In this document: piece after piece, positions 15,707-25,897 of the stretch
Position numbering within the stretch: the first letter of the stretch is position 1
Layout of the letters: each line of letters starts with the position of its first letter
Assembly: GCA_046760905.1 (NCBI GenBank)
Contig: JBHIFB010000004.1
Location: forward strand, 1-46,662
Direction: 5' to 3'
Source of the DNA: Candidatus Glassbacteria bacterium
Lineage (GTDB): Bacteria; Gemmatimonadota; CAZMKB01
Length of the DNA stretch: 46,662 bases
Translations under genes and position numbers: made by a program
The notes under the pieces: model-generated
Told to the model about the DNA's origin: nothing
Databases searched by the model: none
What the model saw: the letters and a program-made list of their open reading frames with translations, nothing else

Positions 15707-16462
15707 GTGATGTGGCGACTGCGTTCTTTCTTTCTCATTCTTTCTGTTGTGGCTTACACGATTTTCTTCGGGATTTGGGCGATCTGTATCTCTCCTTTTG
15801 ACAGGAGAGGTGATTTCATCCAGAAAATCGCCATCGTATGGGCAAAGATGATCATCTGGACTAATCTTATAAAAGTCGGTTTGAGCACGGACCAGCAACT
15901 CGGCTCCGGGCCTTATGTCGTTGTCTGCAACCACCAGAGTCTTCTCGACATCCCGGCTCTTCTGGTTTCCCTGCCCTTCGAGTATAGAATGGTAGCCAAG
16001 AGAGAGTTGTTTCGCATCCCCATCTTCGGATGGGGTATGAAACTGGCCGGGTATATCGAGGTGGATCGCGGGGATACGAGAAAGGCGATCCGGGGAATGT
16101 CTGCGGCGGATATGAAGATAGAGGAGGGCAAATCGATCGTGATATTCGCCGAGGGCACCCGGAGCAGGGACGGAAACCTTCTTCCCCTTAAAAAGGGAGC
16201 ATTCGTCCTGGCTATAAAAAACGGTGTTCCCATTCTTCCCTGCATTATACACGGCGGTCATTCCCTCCTCCCGAAAGGGACCCTCAGAATGGGAAATGCC
16301 AGGATGAGAGTTCACCTCGGAAATCCTATCAGCACCGAGGGTCTTTCTCACGATGACAGAGACAGTCTCAGGCGCGAGGTTGAATCCTGGATGAGAAAGG
16401 CACTTTCCGGATTTAACCAATCGAATCATTCCGGGTCTAAGAAAGATGAAGGGAGAATATGA
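15707..16462 (+). CDS. plsC: 1-acyl-sn-glycerol-3-phosphate acyltransferase
   Basis: NHQSLLD (HX4D), AKRELF.IPIFGW, IEVDR, FAEGTRS and KKGAF motifs. Confidence 0.9.
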   Translation: MMWRLRSFFLILSVVAYTIFFGIWAICISPFDRRGDFIQKIAIVWAKMIIWTNLIKVGLSTDQQLGSGPYVVVCNHQSLLDIPALLVSLPFEYRMVAKRELFRIPIFGWGMKLAGYIEVDRGDTRKAIRGMSAADMKIEEGKSIVIFAEGTRSRDGNLLPLKKGAFVLAIKNGVPILPCIIHGGHSLLPKGTLRMGNARMRVHLGNPISTEGLSHDDRDSLRREVESWMRKALSGFNQSNHSGSKKDEGRI

Positions 16463-17019
16463 GCCTGAAGGATGATGGAAGTCTTGTTGCCCTGTGTAAA
16501 TCCGGTGACAGAGAAGCATTTGGAGAACTCGTGAGAAGGTACCAGAGGCCGGTATACTACCTGGCTCTGAGACTCATTGGTGATAGCGATGAGGCCAACG
16601 ACCTGGCTCAGGAAGTCTTCCTCAGGGCATACAGAGGGATTGAGAACTTCCGTGGGAGCTCTACTTTCAAAACCTGGCTCTACACGATCGCGAACAATCT
16701 GATCAAGAATCATTACAGGAGCGCGAGGCGCCGGATGACTGTTTCCATTGAAGGGAGGGAGATTCCAGTGAATGCCGACGAGATGGAAAACCTCTTGAGC
16801 AAGGAAATGTCTGAGATATTGAGAGGCGCCATAGCGGAGCTTCCATACAAACAGCGGATGGCACTCACTCTGAGAATATATGATGGGCTCACTCACCGGG
16901 AGATAGCTGACGTGCTCGGCTGCTCTGAAGGAACGGTAAAGGTGAACTTCCACCATGCGATAAACAGCCTCAGGAAAAGGATGGTTCCCATCGGGAAAGG
17001 TGGCAGAAATGAATTGTGA
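16459..17019 (+). CDS. ECF RNA polymerase sigma factor
   Basis: GDREAFGELVRRY, DLAQEVFLRAY, FKTWLYTIA (region 2); GLTHREIADVLGCSEGTVK (region 4). ATGA-coupled to plsC. Confidence 0.92.
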   Translation: MSLKDDGSLVALCKSGDREAFGELVRRYQRPVYYLALRLIGDSDEANDLAQEVFLRAYRGIENFRGSSTFKTWLYTIANNLIKNHYRSARRRMTVSIEGREIPVNADEMENLLSKEMSEILRGAIAELPYKQRMALTLRIYDGLTHREIADVLGCSEGTVKVNFHHAINSLRKRMVPIGKGGRNEL

Positions 17020-17683
17020 GAAGCTACGTTCACTACTCCCGTTCTATGTATTGGGTGATCTTGAAAAAGAGGACGGGGAAACCGTGGATGAACACGTCGC
17101 TGTCTGCAACAGATGTGCGGAAGAGGTTGGTGCACTTAAAGATTTGATCGGGCAGCTCGCCAAGGATCATATTACTGATCCGGGAGAGGATTTCTGGCGG
17201 GGATTCGAAGCCTCCGTGATGGAGAGGGTGGAAGAGCTTGGGAGAGAAAGATCCTGGTCAGTAATCGAATCCATGAAAAAGCTACTTTTTCCGGTTCCTG
17301 AGATGAGGTTTGCCAGGACACTTGCCTATGCCGCCTCGATAGCCTCGGTTGCAATCCTGGGAAGCCTGTTCGCCTGGAGAGCTCATCTCCACTACACTAG
17401 TCAATTCGAGGAGATGGCATCTCTTGAGAGCCCTTTTGAGAGCATCTCCGGTACCGATTTTTCTTACGCTGACTATATCGAAGAGCTGACCGGCGATGAA
17501 CTGGAGCTCGTTTCGAGGGCTGTGTCTGGATGGGGGATTGAAGTGCCCCCTTACCAGCGCGATATCTTACTGGGAATAACAGATGAGAGCGAGTATGAGA
17601 TGTATGAAGAGATAGAATATATGGAACAAGAGGAGCTGAATCTGCTTTACGAGGAAATCGAAAAATGGGAACGCAGTTCATGA
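17009..17683 (+). CDS. Membrane-anchored zinc-binding anti-sigma factor (zf-HC2)
   Basis: MNC...EHVAVCNRC (HxxxCxxC), one TM helix, acidic periplasmic tail; overlaps the ECF stop. Confidence 0.85.
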   Translation: MNCEKLRSLLPFYVLGDLEKEDGETVDEHVAVCNRCAEEVGALKDLIGQLAKDHITDPGEDFWRGFEASVMERVEELGRERSWSVIESMKKLLFPVPEMRFARTLAYAASIASVAILGSLFAWRAHLHYTSQFEEMASLESPFESISGTDFSYADYIEELTGDELELVSRAVSGWGIEVPPYQRDILLGITDESEYEMYEEIEYMEQEELNLLYEEIEKWERSS

Positions 17684-17706
17684 TAACTCAAAAGGAGGGG
17701 ATATCC

Positions 17707-18231
17707 ATGAGAACATTGTTGTCAGTGGTAGCTGGATGTATGCTGTTACTATGCACAGGGAATTTACTGTCCCAGGAGATCATAGAGGAGCGAGAAAAGG
17801 TCAAGGAGAGGATCAACATGATCCGGATGTGGAAGATGATGGAGGTGCTTGATCTGTCCCGTGAACAGAGTGAACAGCTGTTTCCTGTGCTCGAGCGGAT
17901 TGAAGAAAAGAGAAGGGAGCTTTTTCAAGATCGTGGACGAACCATAAGGGAGCTCAGAAATACGGTGAAGGGGGAAAACCCAGACGAAGACGCACTCAGA
18001 GAGCTGATGGGAAGGTTGGAGAAGAATCACGAAGATCTCGAGGGACTGTACAGGGAGGAAAGGAGTGCGGTTGGAAAAGTTCTCGATATTGCTCAACAGG
18101 CACGCTACCTGATTTTCAAGGAGAATTTCGAGCGAGAGCTCCGAAGCATCATAAGAGATGTGAAAGAACGACCTTTCGAGAAGCCAAGATATGAAATCCA
18201 GAGGGATGAAAGGGCCCGGGAAAGGTTTTAG
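17707..18231 (+). CDS. Periplasmic helical Spy/CpxP-like protein
   Basis: AAGGAGG RBS, signal peptide, LDLSREQ and LDIAQQ (LTxxQ-like) repeats, E/R-rich helices; typical third gene of ECF operons. Confidence 0.7.
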   Translation: MRTLLSVVAGCMLLLCTGNLLSQEIIEEREKVKERINMIRMWKMMEVLDLSREQSEQLFPVLERIEEKRRELFQDRGRTIRELRNTVKGENPDEDALRELMGRLEKNHEDLEGLYREERSAVGKVLDIAQQARYLIFKENFERELRSIIRDVKERPFEKPRYEIQRDERARERF

Positions 18232-18290
18232 GCATCGTCCCTTGCGGCAAGGAATTCTAATTTAACCAGCCACTACCGTCAATCTTCCGC

Positions 18291-18319
18291 TTGACATACC
18301 AGTGGATTTATGATATGGT
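18291..18319 (+). promoter_or_regulatory. sigma70-type promoter
   Basis: TTGACA-17 bp-TATGGT with TGn; leaves about 185 nt of leader before 18511. Confidence 0.5.
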
Positions 18320-18510
18320 TCAGTGCAGAAAACTTACGGTTCTCTCGTGTTCCGTTCTCGTCCTTGCGACATTCTCGTGATGAATCATGAAGTACGGCTC
18401 TAGTCGGTCAGTTTTATCAATATTTTCCACATACAGTAGATGGCATCACGCGGATGAACGCATCCGGGAGCGGGTCGAGCAGTTGAACCCATTGTTTAAA
18501 GGGGGGAACA

Positions 18511-18762
18511 ATGAACCTCAGTCCTAAAGCTTTTGGACTCGCTCTTGGGATACTGGCCGGAGTGGCGATCTTCTTGGCCACACTCTGGATCGCAGCCATG
18601 AGTGGCGGGAATCATCTCATCATGCTGAAGCAGTTTTACTTTGGTTATTCCGTGTCTTTCGTAGGTGCCCTGGTAGGATTCGTCTATGCTTTCATAGATG
18701 GGTTCATAGCGGGGGCTCTTATTGCATGGCTCTATAACAAATTTGTCCCGGCAGCATCCTGA
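18511..18762 (+). CDS. Small two-TM membrane protein (family often auto-annotated as holin)
   Basis: KAFGLALG...YFGYSVSFVGALVG..YAFIDGFIAGALIAWLYN; G-rich RBS; no phage context. Confidence 0.75.
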   Translation: MNLSPKAFGLALGILAGVAIFLATLWIAAMSGGNHLIMLKQFYFGYSVSFVGALVGFVYAFIDGFIAGALIAWLYNKFVPAAS

Positions 18763-18790
18763 AGACCGGTAACCTTCTGCAGCTTTAACG

Positions 18791-19612
18791 TTACCCCGCT
18801 GTCCCGGGTTTCTCGAAAAGAGAGTCCGGCAGTGAAGGATTGATCTCATAATCCAGCACGGTTGTTTCCTGAACGAGTATTCCGTTCAGGAAGATGTTCA
18901 CCTTGTATGGGAGTTTCAGACCTTTCTTTTCCCGGAAGGAGAGAAAATCAAGCCTCATGTGCTCCTCTGTCGTGCCTGCGTAGACAGGATAGTCTATCCG
19001 TTTTACCAGGAAATCTTCCATCGCGATCCACAGGGTGAATTCGTCGGAATCCGGGTCAATAACATAGATCATGTAATGTGGTTTACCCTCAATGAATGAT
19101 TTGCCTTTAATCATAGCCAGGGAAGCGGAATCAGTGGCCTGGATGAGAAAGTTCGGAAAATGCTTTAGTGATTTCCTCAGAATCTCGCGGGTTCGCAGAT
19201 CACCATCACTGACAACGCCATTTTCCATAACCCATGCCATTCCGTTGTCGTAAGCCTGAATATAGGTTTCGGCACCAATATGGGCTTCACTCCTCATTCG
19301 ATTCGGAAAACGGTAGTAAGCTTTTTCCGTTGCCGTCTCCCCGCCTTCTGATTTTAACAACGATGTTGTATTCATCTGTATCGCTTTGAGTGAGGAAATC
19401 GTTTTCGATCCACCGTAGGCACCTTCGGCCCTTATGAGTATGTTATACGCAGACAGATCCAGAGCGTTTGTTTTACTTTCTACGCCCTCTTCAGAAACAG
19501 ACTGGCGACCGGGAGGTTCCTTCTTTTCTGTGAACGGGATGATAAATATAAGGAGGCTGATCAGAAGAGCTGCAAACAGCACATAGAGATAAGGTGCCTT
19601 CGACTTTTCCAT
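18791..19612 (-). CDS. Membrane-anchored LolA-like / outer-membrane lipoprotein-sorting family protein
   Basis: Start moved to ATG 19612. N-terminal TM, AYGG..., PNRMRSE, QAYDNGMAW, GLKLPY and C-terminal INPSLPDSLFEKP. Confidence 0.65.
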   Translation of the reverse strand: MEKSKAPYLYVLFAALLISLLIFIIPFTEKKEPPGRQSVSEEGVESKTNALDLSAYNILIRAEGAYGGSKTISSLKAIQMNTTSLLKSEGGETATEKAYYRFPNRMRSEAHIGAETYIQAYDNGMAWVMENGVVSDGDLRTREILRKSLKHFPNFLIQATDSASLAMIKGKSFIEGKPHYMIYVIDPDSDEFTLWIAMEDFLVKRIDYPVYAGTTEEHMRLDFLSFREKKGLKLPYKVNIFLNGILVQETTVLDYEINPSLPDSLFEKPGTAG

Positions 19613-19921
19613 GCTCGAAACACCTTCCTTTCGAATTACCAATTTATAATAGCATGCATGCTTTGTAAAGTCCAGAGTCAGAGTGAACTGTTCTCAATCG
19701 TCAGATTCGGTGCTAGTCATGATCATAATCATCGAACGGGCTTTGATATATGTTCACTGCGGGCTGTGATTCTGACGGATTGTACCGGTATGAAACGGTG
19801 AAATAAAAAAAGCTTGAAATTATCACTCTTACTGTTATAAATTATCGATTGTAGAATATACTTATATAAGTTATAGCAGTTTTAACGTATTATCACTCCC
19901 CCTATCAGCCTTGAGGGATTA

Positions 19922-20776
19922 ATGGAAACGACCGGTTCCAGGTATCAACCAGATGATGCACTTCTCAGGATCTACTTCAAGGAGATCGGGAAGTACCCGC
20001 CCCTGTCCCGTGAGGCGGAATTCAATCTTGCCAGTAAGGCCAGGAAGGGTGATAAAAAAGCCCTGGAGCAGTTGGTCAGATCGAACCTGCGGTTTGTCAT
20101 AAGAGTCGCCAAGAAATACCAAAACAGAGGCCTATCACTCTCGGATCTCATCGCTGAAGGGAATATAGGGCTCATGAGAGCAGCTCTTAAATACGATGAG
20201 AAGCGAAATATAAAATTCATCTCATACGCCATCTGGTGGATAAGGCAGGCCATACTTCAGGCCCTGGCCGAGCAATCCAGACTCTTTCGTGTACCATTGA
20301 ACAGGGCTGACCTCTTTCACAAACTCAGCCGTAAGGCAGGCGTCCTTACCCAGCAGTTCGGCAGAGATCCTACAGACGAAGAAATGGCCAGAGAAATGGG
20401 CTTACCGCTTGAAGATATAGATTCACTCCTGGTTCTGACGCGTTCACCCCTGTCTCTGGATGCACCCATTGCAACCGGCGATGAGAGTGAACTCACAAAC
20501 TATATTCCGGATGAGATTCATCCCAATCCCGAAGAGGTTGCTTTTGAGAAAATGAGAACCGCTGCAATCAACAGGGCTCTCTCAAAACTCAACGAGAGAG
20601 AGGCGAAAGTATTAAGGCTTTATTTTGGACTGGATGGGGAGGAGAATCACACTCTCGAGGAAATCGGAAAAGATGAAGGGATTACAAGGGAAAGGGTGAG
20701 GCAGATTAAGAAACATGCTCTGAAGAAGCTGAGACAGAAGTCAAGGGCAGAGATTCTAAAGGCTTTTTTGGAGTGA
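19922..20776 (+). CDS. RNA polymerase sigma70 factor, RpoD/SigA family, short form without region 1.1
   Basis: YFKEIGKYPPLS (1.2), SNLRFVIRVAKKYQNRG..DLIAEGNIGL (2), KFISYAIWWIRQAI, SLDAP (3), HTLEEIG...TRERVRQI (4). Confidence 0.93.
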   Translation: METTGSRYQPDDALLRIYFKEIGKYPPLSREAEFNLASKARKGDKKALEQLVRSNLRFVIRVAKKYQNRGLSLSDLIAEGNIGLMRAALKYDEKRNIKFISYAIWWIRQAILQALAEQSRLFRVPLNRADLFHKLSRKAGVLTQQFGRDPTDEEMAREMGLPLEDIDSLLVLTRSPLSLDAPIATGDESELTNYIPDEIHPNPEEVAFEKMRTAAINRALSKLNEREAKVLRLYFGLDGEENHTLEEIGKDEGITRERVRQIKKHALKKLRQKSRAEILKAFLE

Positions 20777-20942
20777 TGTGATGGAGGCTTCGACATCCTG
20801 ATAAATCAGGGAATAATGAACTTCAGGCTCTCTAACAGCGAAGGAGGTGATGATTAGGGATTGTAAAAAAGGAGCCGGATGCTGAATGTATATTCACAGC
20901 CAGAGCCAATGCAGAGTAAATCCAGAATAGAAGGAGTAGACG

Positions 20943-21491
20943 ATGAAGAGAGCTATCTCACTTAAAGGATATTTTATGGCATTCCTCTTCCTGACCATCG
21001 CTGTGGGGAGTTGTGGAAAAAAACAACCTCCACCCAAGATAGAGGAACCAGTCGTGGATGAGGAGGCACTCAGGCGGCAGGAAGAGGAGGAGAGAAGACG
21101 CAGAGAAGAGGAGGAAAGACGGAAAGAGGAGGAGAGGAAGAGGGTTTTTGAGGAAGAAATCTCTATCATGATCCATTTCGATTTCGACCGTTACAACATC
21201 AAGGATGAGTACAAGGATATACTTTCTAAGAAGGCTCAGTTGCTAAGGGAAAGGCCAACGGTAAAGATAAGAATAGAAGGCCATTGTGATGAGTGGGGAA
21301 CGAATGAATACAACCTTGCCCTTGGTGAGAGGAGAGCGAATGCTGCGAGGGAATTCCTCGAAGGGGCAGGGGTTTCGCCGGACAGGTTGACTACAGTTTC
21401 ATACGGGGAGGAACAGCCACTGGATCCAGGACATGACAAAGAAGCCTGGAGGAAAAACAGGAGGGCAGAATTTAAAATAGTTGAGTGGTAG
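20943..21491 (+). CDS. pal: Peptidoglycan-associated lipoprotein (OmpA C-terminal domain)
   Basis: Lipobox VGS-C; IHFDFDR, IEGHCDEWGTNEYNLALGERRA, SYGEEQP and NRRAEF motifs. Confidence 0.92.
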   Translation: MKRAISLKGYFMAFLFLTIAVGSCGKKQPPPKIEEPVVDEEALRRQEEEERRRREEEERRKEEERKRVFEEEISIMIHFDFDRYNIKDEYKDILSKKAQLLRERPTVKIRIEGHCDEWGTNEYNLALGERRANAAREFLEGAGVSPDRLTTVSYGEEQPLDPGHDKEAWRKNRRAEFKIVEW

Positions 21492-21627
21492 GATCCCTGA
21501 TCGGATCACTGGTAGAGGCCGTTTCCACTCGAACAGTAGATCACCTCATCCCGACTGGACGACCTGCGAGTGGAAATGGCCTTTTGGTTGGAAACTGCCC
21601 GTCGGTTGATTGTGAAGAGGATTACAG

Positions 21628-22851
21628 ATGAGAATACTCGCCATCGTTATGGCAGGTGGCAGGGGGACCAGGCTATACCCCCTTACCAAGTATAGAAGCA
21701 AACCGGCGGTGCATTTCGGAGGAAAGTACCGCATCATTGATTTTGTCCTGAGTAACCTGGTAAACTCGGGAATTCACTCTGTCTATGTCCTGACTCAATT
21801 CAAATCTCAATCCCTGAACGAGCATCTATCCGAAGGTTGGCAATTTGGCAGTATCCTGCGCGATTACTTCGTCACGCCTGTCCCTGCGCAGATGCAGGTA
21901 AATGGAAGCTGGTACCGGGGCAACGCTGATGCCGTTTTCCAGAATCTGCATCTGATAGAATCTTTCAATCCTGATCTGGTCGCCATCTTCAGTGCCGATC
22001 ATGTATACAGAATGGATGTGAGGAGGATGGTGGATTTCCACATATCCAGGAATGCAGATCTCACGGTGGTTGCCTTACCTGTTCCACTCGATGAGGCCTC
22101 TAATTTCGGGATCATGGAGGTCGATTCGCGCTGGAAAATGGTGAAGTTCGAGGAGAAACCGAAGCATCCCACACCCATTCCCGGTGAACCCGGACTGGCT
22201 CTCAGTTCACTGGGAAACTACATCATAAACACACAGGTCATCGTCGAGGAACTCAAACTGGATAGCACTCTCGATTCGGAACACGATTTCGGCCGCAGCA
22301 TCATTCCGTCAATGATAGGTAGGCGCGATATCCATGTATATGACTTCAGGAAGAACAGGATCCCTGCACCCGCCAAAGGCGAAGAGCACTCTTATTGGAG
22401 AGATATCGGAACGATCAAATCCTACTATGAAGCGAATATGGAGCTCAAGATGGTGGATCCACATTTCAACCTTTACAACCAGGCCTGGCCAATTAAAACA
22501 GCTCCATCGGGTTTCCCTCCCGCGAAGTTTATCTTCGACGAGGAGGGAAGACGAGGCATAGCTATAAACAGCCTGGTCTCGGAAGGATGCATTGTGTCCG
22601 GCGGATACGTGCGAGATTCAATCCTTGGGAGGAATGTCTTCATACACAGCTATGCAAGAGTGGAAGAATCAATCATTTTTCACCACGTTGATGTTGGCAG
22701 GCACTGTCAGATAAGAAGAGCGATTGTGGACAGCATGGTAAGAATACCCCCGGGCACAAGAGTCGGATATGATCTCGATGAGGATAGCAAGCGTTTCCAT
22801 GTATCAGAAGATGGAACAGTAGTCATTCCAAGGCAGTATAATGATTGGTAG
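21628..22851 (+). CDS. glgC: Glucose-1-phosphate adenylyltransferase (paralog 1)
   Basis: AGGRGTRLYPLT..RSKPAV.FGG.YRIIDF.LSN, SADHVY, FEEKP, HDFG and YWRDIGT motifs; C-terminal beta-helix. Confidence 0.95.
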   Translation: MRILAIVMAGGRGTRLYPLTKYRSKPAVHFGGKYRIIDFVLSNLVNSGIHSVYVLTQFKSQSLNEHLSEGWQFGSILRDYFVTPVPAQMQVNGSWYRGNADAVFQNLHLIESFNPDLVAIFSADHVYRMDVRRMVDFHISRNADLTVVALPVPLDEASNFGIMEVDSRWKMVKFEEKPKHPTPIPGEPGLALSSLGNYIINTQVIVEELKLDSTLDSEHDFGRSIIPSMIGRRDIHVYDFRKNRIPAPAKGEEHSYWRDIGTIKSYYEANMELKMVDPHFNLYNQAWPIKTAPSGFPPAKFIFDEEGRRGIAINSLVSEGCIVSGGYVRDSILGRNVFIHSYARVEESIIFHHVDVGRHCQIRRAIVDSMVRIPPGTRVGYDLDEDSKRFHVSEDGTVVIPRQYNDW

Positions 22852-22891
22852 GGATTGATCGGTCCCCCATATCTTCAGGGTCTCATGGACC

Positions 22892-24277
22892 ATGAGAGAC
22901 AGAATCATGAGTGGAAAATTCCCGAGAACGATTTCATGTGGTTTTGTTTTCATCCTCCTTGGCGTCTGTGATTCAGGGGCGAGCGGAGTTTCTTTCTACC
23001 CGGACCAGGATTTCATGAGAAGGGCCGGGGTCTTGGAGTGCCGCAAGGGAGTTGTATTCAGCTCCAGCGTATTCCCGTTCGAGGGAAAAGGGGACAGCCT
23101 GAAACTCATCCTCTCGATCCAGATGGAGAACAAGGACCTGATTTTCACGAAATCTGATGATGCAATGAAATCGGTCCTTGAATTCTCATTGTATTTACGG
23201 AATGAGAAAGCGGGCTTCGTTGTCTCCAAATCATGGGCTGAGTCCCTGATGGTAGAAACCAAGGGTGAAGCGAGCGCTTCGATGAAGAGTGTGTTTCAGA
23301 CGGAGGTGACCGCTCCTCCGGGAAAATGCGTGCTATCCGACGAGATAACTGACAAACATGCAGGCAGAACGGGTGTAATCGGTCCCACTGAAATCATCCT
23401 GGATACGGAAGAAGGGACGCCTTCAGTCTACGGCCCCTATCCTTACTATTCGAAGGGGGGGGATGGCGGTGTGATGGTTATTGAGCCACGCTCCAGGCTT
23501 GACAGCTTGCTATTTAATCCGGCTAAGAGCTATAGTTATGGGCGTGAGGACGTTGGATTTTATGTCGAACTGCACCGCATGGAGACGGGGCCTTTAAAAC
23601 CGCTTACTGTGAAGGCCGATATAAAATTCGAGGATTCAGAGTGGAGAGAAATTGATCGTAAACAAAACCTCACTCTTCCGGGCGAAAGCTCCATTTCGAT
23701 TTCCCTCAGGCCTGAAATGTTGAAAGTTGGAGAGGGCCTGTTAAAGATAGAACTTCTGGATGCCGAAGGTTCGCTCATAAGGAGCGATTCGACTTTCTTT
23801 TTCGTCTCGCTCACTGAGGAGTGGATTCTGACGGAATACAGGGATGTGATACGATACCTGGATCATCTCCTGACACCGGAGGAAAAGAGGAGTTTCGAAG
23901 CTGCCGAGGAAGGAGATCGCAGACGGCTGTGGAGGGAATTCTGGAAAGAGAGAGATCCGATTCCTTCGACACCACAGAACGAACGCCTTGTCGAGTATTT
24001 CAGGAGGATTCAGGTAGCCGATGCACGTTTTTCGACACCAATTCTTGAGGGATGGAAAAGTGACAGGGGGAGAGTGTACATACTACTCGGGCCGCCTGAG
24101 GAAGTGTATCTGAGAGATGTGGGGCAGAGGCTGGAGAGATATGAAATATGGGTATATGATCAATCGCTCGGATTCCAGCTTGTGCTTTATTTCGTAGACA
24201 GAGGTTTTGTCGGGTTATACTGGTTACAGAATGAGGGAGATCTGCAGCAGGCGCTGTCGAGACTGAGGTCCAGGTAA
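22892..24277 (+). CDS. GWxTD domain-containing protein
   Basis: C-terminal FWKERDP.PSTPQNE..EYFRRIQ.AD..F...GWKSDRGRVYILLGPP...EIWVY; N-terminal signal-like segment. Confidence 0.9.
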   Translation: MRDRIMSGKFPRTISCGFVFILLGVCDSGASGVSFYPDQDFMRRAGVLECRKGVVFSSSVFPFEGKGDSLKLILSIQMENKDLIFTKSDDAMKSVLEFSLYLRNEKAGFVVSKSWAESLMVETKGEASASMKSVFQTEVTAPPGKCVLSDEITDKHAGRTGVIGPTEIILDTEEGTPSVYGPYPYYSKGGDGGVMVIEPRSRLDSLLFNPAKSYSYGREDVGFYVELHRMETGPLKPLTVKADIKFEDSEWREIDRKQNLTLPGESSISISLRPEMLKVGEGLLKIELLDAEGSLIRSDSTFFFVSLTEEWILTEYRDVIRYLDHLLTPEEKRSFEAAEEGDRRRLWREFWKERDPIPSTPQNERLVEYFRRIQVADARFSTPILEGWKSDRGRVYILLGPPEEVYLRDVGQRLERYEIWVYDQSLGFQLVLYFVDRGFVGLYWLQNEGDLQQALSRLRSR

Positions 24278-24406
24278 GGGAACACCCCGCCTTTAACAAT
24301 GTATTAGGGTGAGAGAAGTCTCTGAAAAAGAAATTGACAAATTGTATTTATGGAGTGAGTTTTTAAAGAAACACTTATGTCGCCATGACAAGCAGGGAGG
24401 TAGCCA

Positions 24407-25894
24407 ATGAAGAGAGTGAAAGTTGTTCGCAGAGCTGTTATTCCTCTACTGATGCTGATCGCGGGCTTCGATCTAGGTACAAGAATCGATTCAGATTCGA
24501 CGCTTCCGGTGCAGACTGCCGCACTGGAAGCTTCCTCCGTTTCTGATGAACTCGAGGCGGTCAAGTCATTCAGCGAAGCGCTCATAGAGGTCTCGGAGCA
24601 GGTGAATCCCACGGTGGTTACCATATTCAGCGAAAAGACTGTTAAGGCCACCTTCCCGGGATTTAACGATTCCCCCCTGAGGGAATTCTTCGGAGATGAA
24701 TTCTCCAGGAGATTTTTTGGCATTCCTGATCAGGACAGGGAATTCAAACAACGAGGTCTTGGCTCGGGCGTGATAGTTCGTTCCGATGGATACATTCTGA
24801 CCAACAACCATGTGGTGGCTGGAGCTGATAAGATAATTATCGGGCTTGGGGGCGGGGAGGAGATGAAGGGCGAAATCGTCGGAACCGATAGAGCGACAGA
24901 CATAGCGGTTGTCAAGATCGATAAGGAGGGACTGCAGTCTGCCCGGCTTGGCGATTCAGAGGATATAAGAGTGGGAGAATGGGTGGTGGCGATCGGGAAC
25001 CCGTTTGGCCTGGAACACACCGTCACGGCGGGCATCATAAGCTACAAGGGCAGATCAAATGTGAGAATAGCAGACTATGAAGATTTCATACAGACGGATG
25101 CTGCGATCAATCCGGGAAACAGCGGTGGTCCTCTTGTGAATCTGGATGGGGAGGTAATCGGCATCAACACGGCTATCGCCACAAACACCGGTGCGTACCA
25201 GGGAGTTGGGTTCGCGATACCGATAAGCCTCGCTAAGCGCATCATGGAGGAACTGATACGAAGCGGTAGGGTGGTCAGGGGCTGGCTCGGGATTTATATA
25301 CAGGATATCACAGGAGCTATGGCTGAGGCGATGGATCTCCCAACAAGAGAAGGGGTTCTCGTCGCAGACGTGAGGGAGGATGGCCCCTCCAAGGAGGCTG
25401 GCCTCCAGCGTGGAGATGTGATCCTCGAATTCAATGGCAAGAAGATGAAGAACGGGCTGGAGCTCAGGAACACTGTCGCCTCAACGAGCCCGGGCACCAA
25501 GGTGGATCTAAAAATCCTGAGGGATGGAAAGACGAAGAAGCTCACGGTCAAACTGGGTGAGCTTCCATCTGAGGAGATGGCGGCAGCGGGAGGCGGGCGC
25601 GATATCCTGAGCGATCTCGGTTTGAGACTACATAATCTTAATTCTGAGCTCGGCAGGAGGTATGGGATCTCTGGTGATAAGGGTGTGGTGGTGGTAGATG
25701 TTTATCCTGGAAGCGCGGCGGCTGAAGCTGGATTTGTGGCTGGCGATCTCATAGTCGAGGTGAACCAGGAGGAGGTGGAATCCGTTACAAAGATCCAGGA
25801 GAAGCTTTCGGCGCTAGAACCGGGTGATTCCGTGCTATTTCTGGTTGAGAGGGGCAGGGGAACGCTGTTCGTGGCAATGAAGATTCCTGAGTAA
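24407..25894 (+). CDS. htrA: HtrA/DegP/DegQ (Do family) periplasmic serine protease, two PDZ domains
   Basis: GLGSGVI, LTNNHVV, TDIAVVKI and QTDAAINPGNSGGPL (catalytic triad); two PDZ domains. Confidence 0.95.
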   Translation: MKRVKVVRRAVIPLLMLIAGFDLGTRIDSDSTLPVQTAALEASSVSDELEAVKSFSEALIEVSEQVNPTVVTIFSEKTVKATFPGFNDSPLREFFGDEFSRRFFGIPDQDREFKQRGLGSGVIVRSDGYILTNNHVVAGADKIIIGLGGGEEMKGEIVGTDRATDIAVVKIDKEGLQSARLGDSEDIRVGEWVVAIGNPFGLEHTVTAGIISYKGRSNVRIADYEDFIQTDAAINPGNSGGPLVNLDGEVIGINTAIATNTGAYQGVGFAIPISLAKRIMEELIRSGRVVRGWLGIYIQDITGAMAEAMDLPTREGVLVADVREDGPSKEAGLQRGDVILEFNGKKMKNGLELRNTVASTSPGTKVDLKILRDGKTKKLTVKLGELPSEEMAAAGGGRDILSDLGLRLHNLNSELGRRYGISGDKGVVVVDVYPGSAAAEAGFVAGDLIVEVNQEEVESVTKIQEKLSALEPGDSVLFLVERGRGTLFVAMKIPE

Positions 25895-25897
25895 CGG

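Noticed and set aside
18325-18510. Long leader with three TCTCGT repeats as a riboswitch or sRNA
   Set aside because: No recognisable aptamer or terminator; the repeats are too short to support a call.
18511-18762. Holin, implying a prophage
   Set aside because: No endolysin, structural or integrase genes anywhere in the window.
20841-20885. Perfect SD AAGGAGGTGA followed by a tiny ORF (MIRDCKKGAGC)
   Set aside because: The ATG abuts the SD with no spacer; no support for translation.
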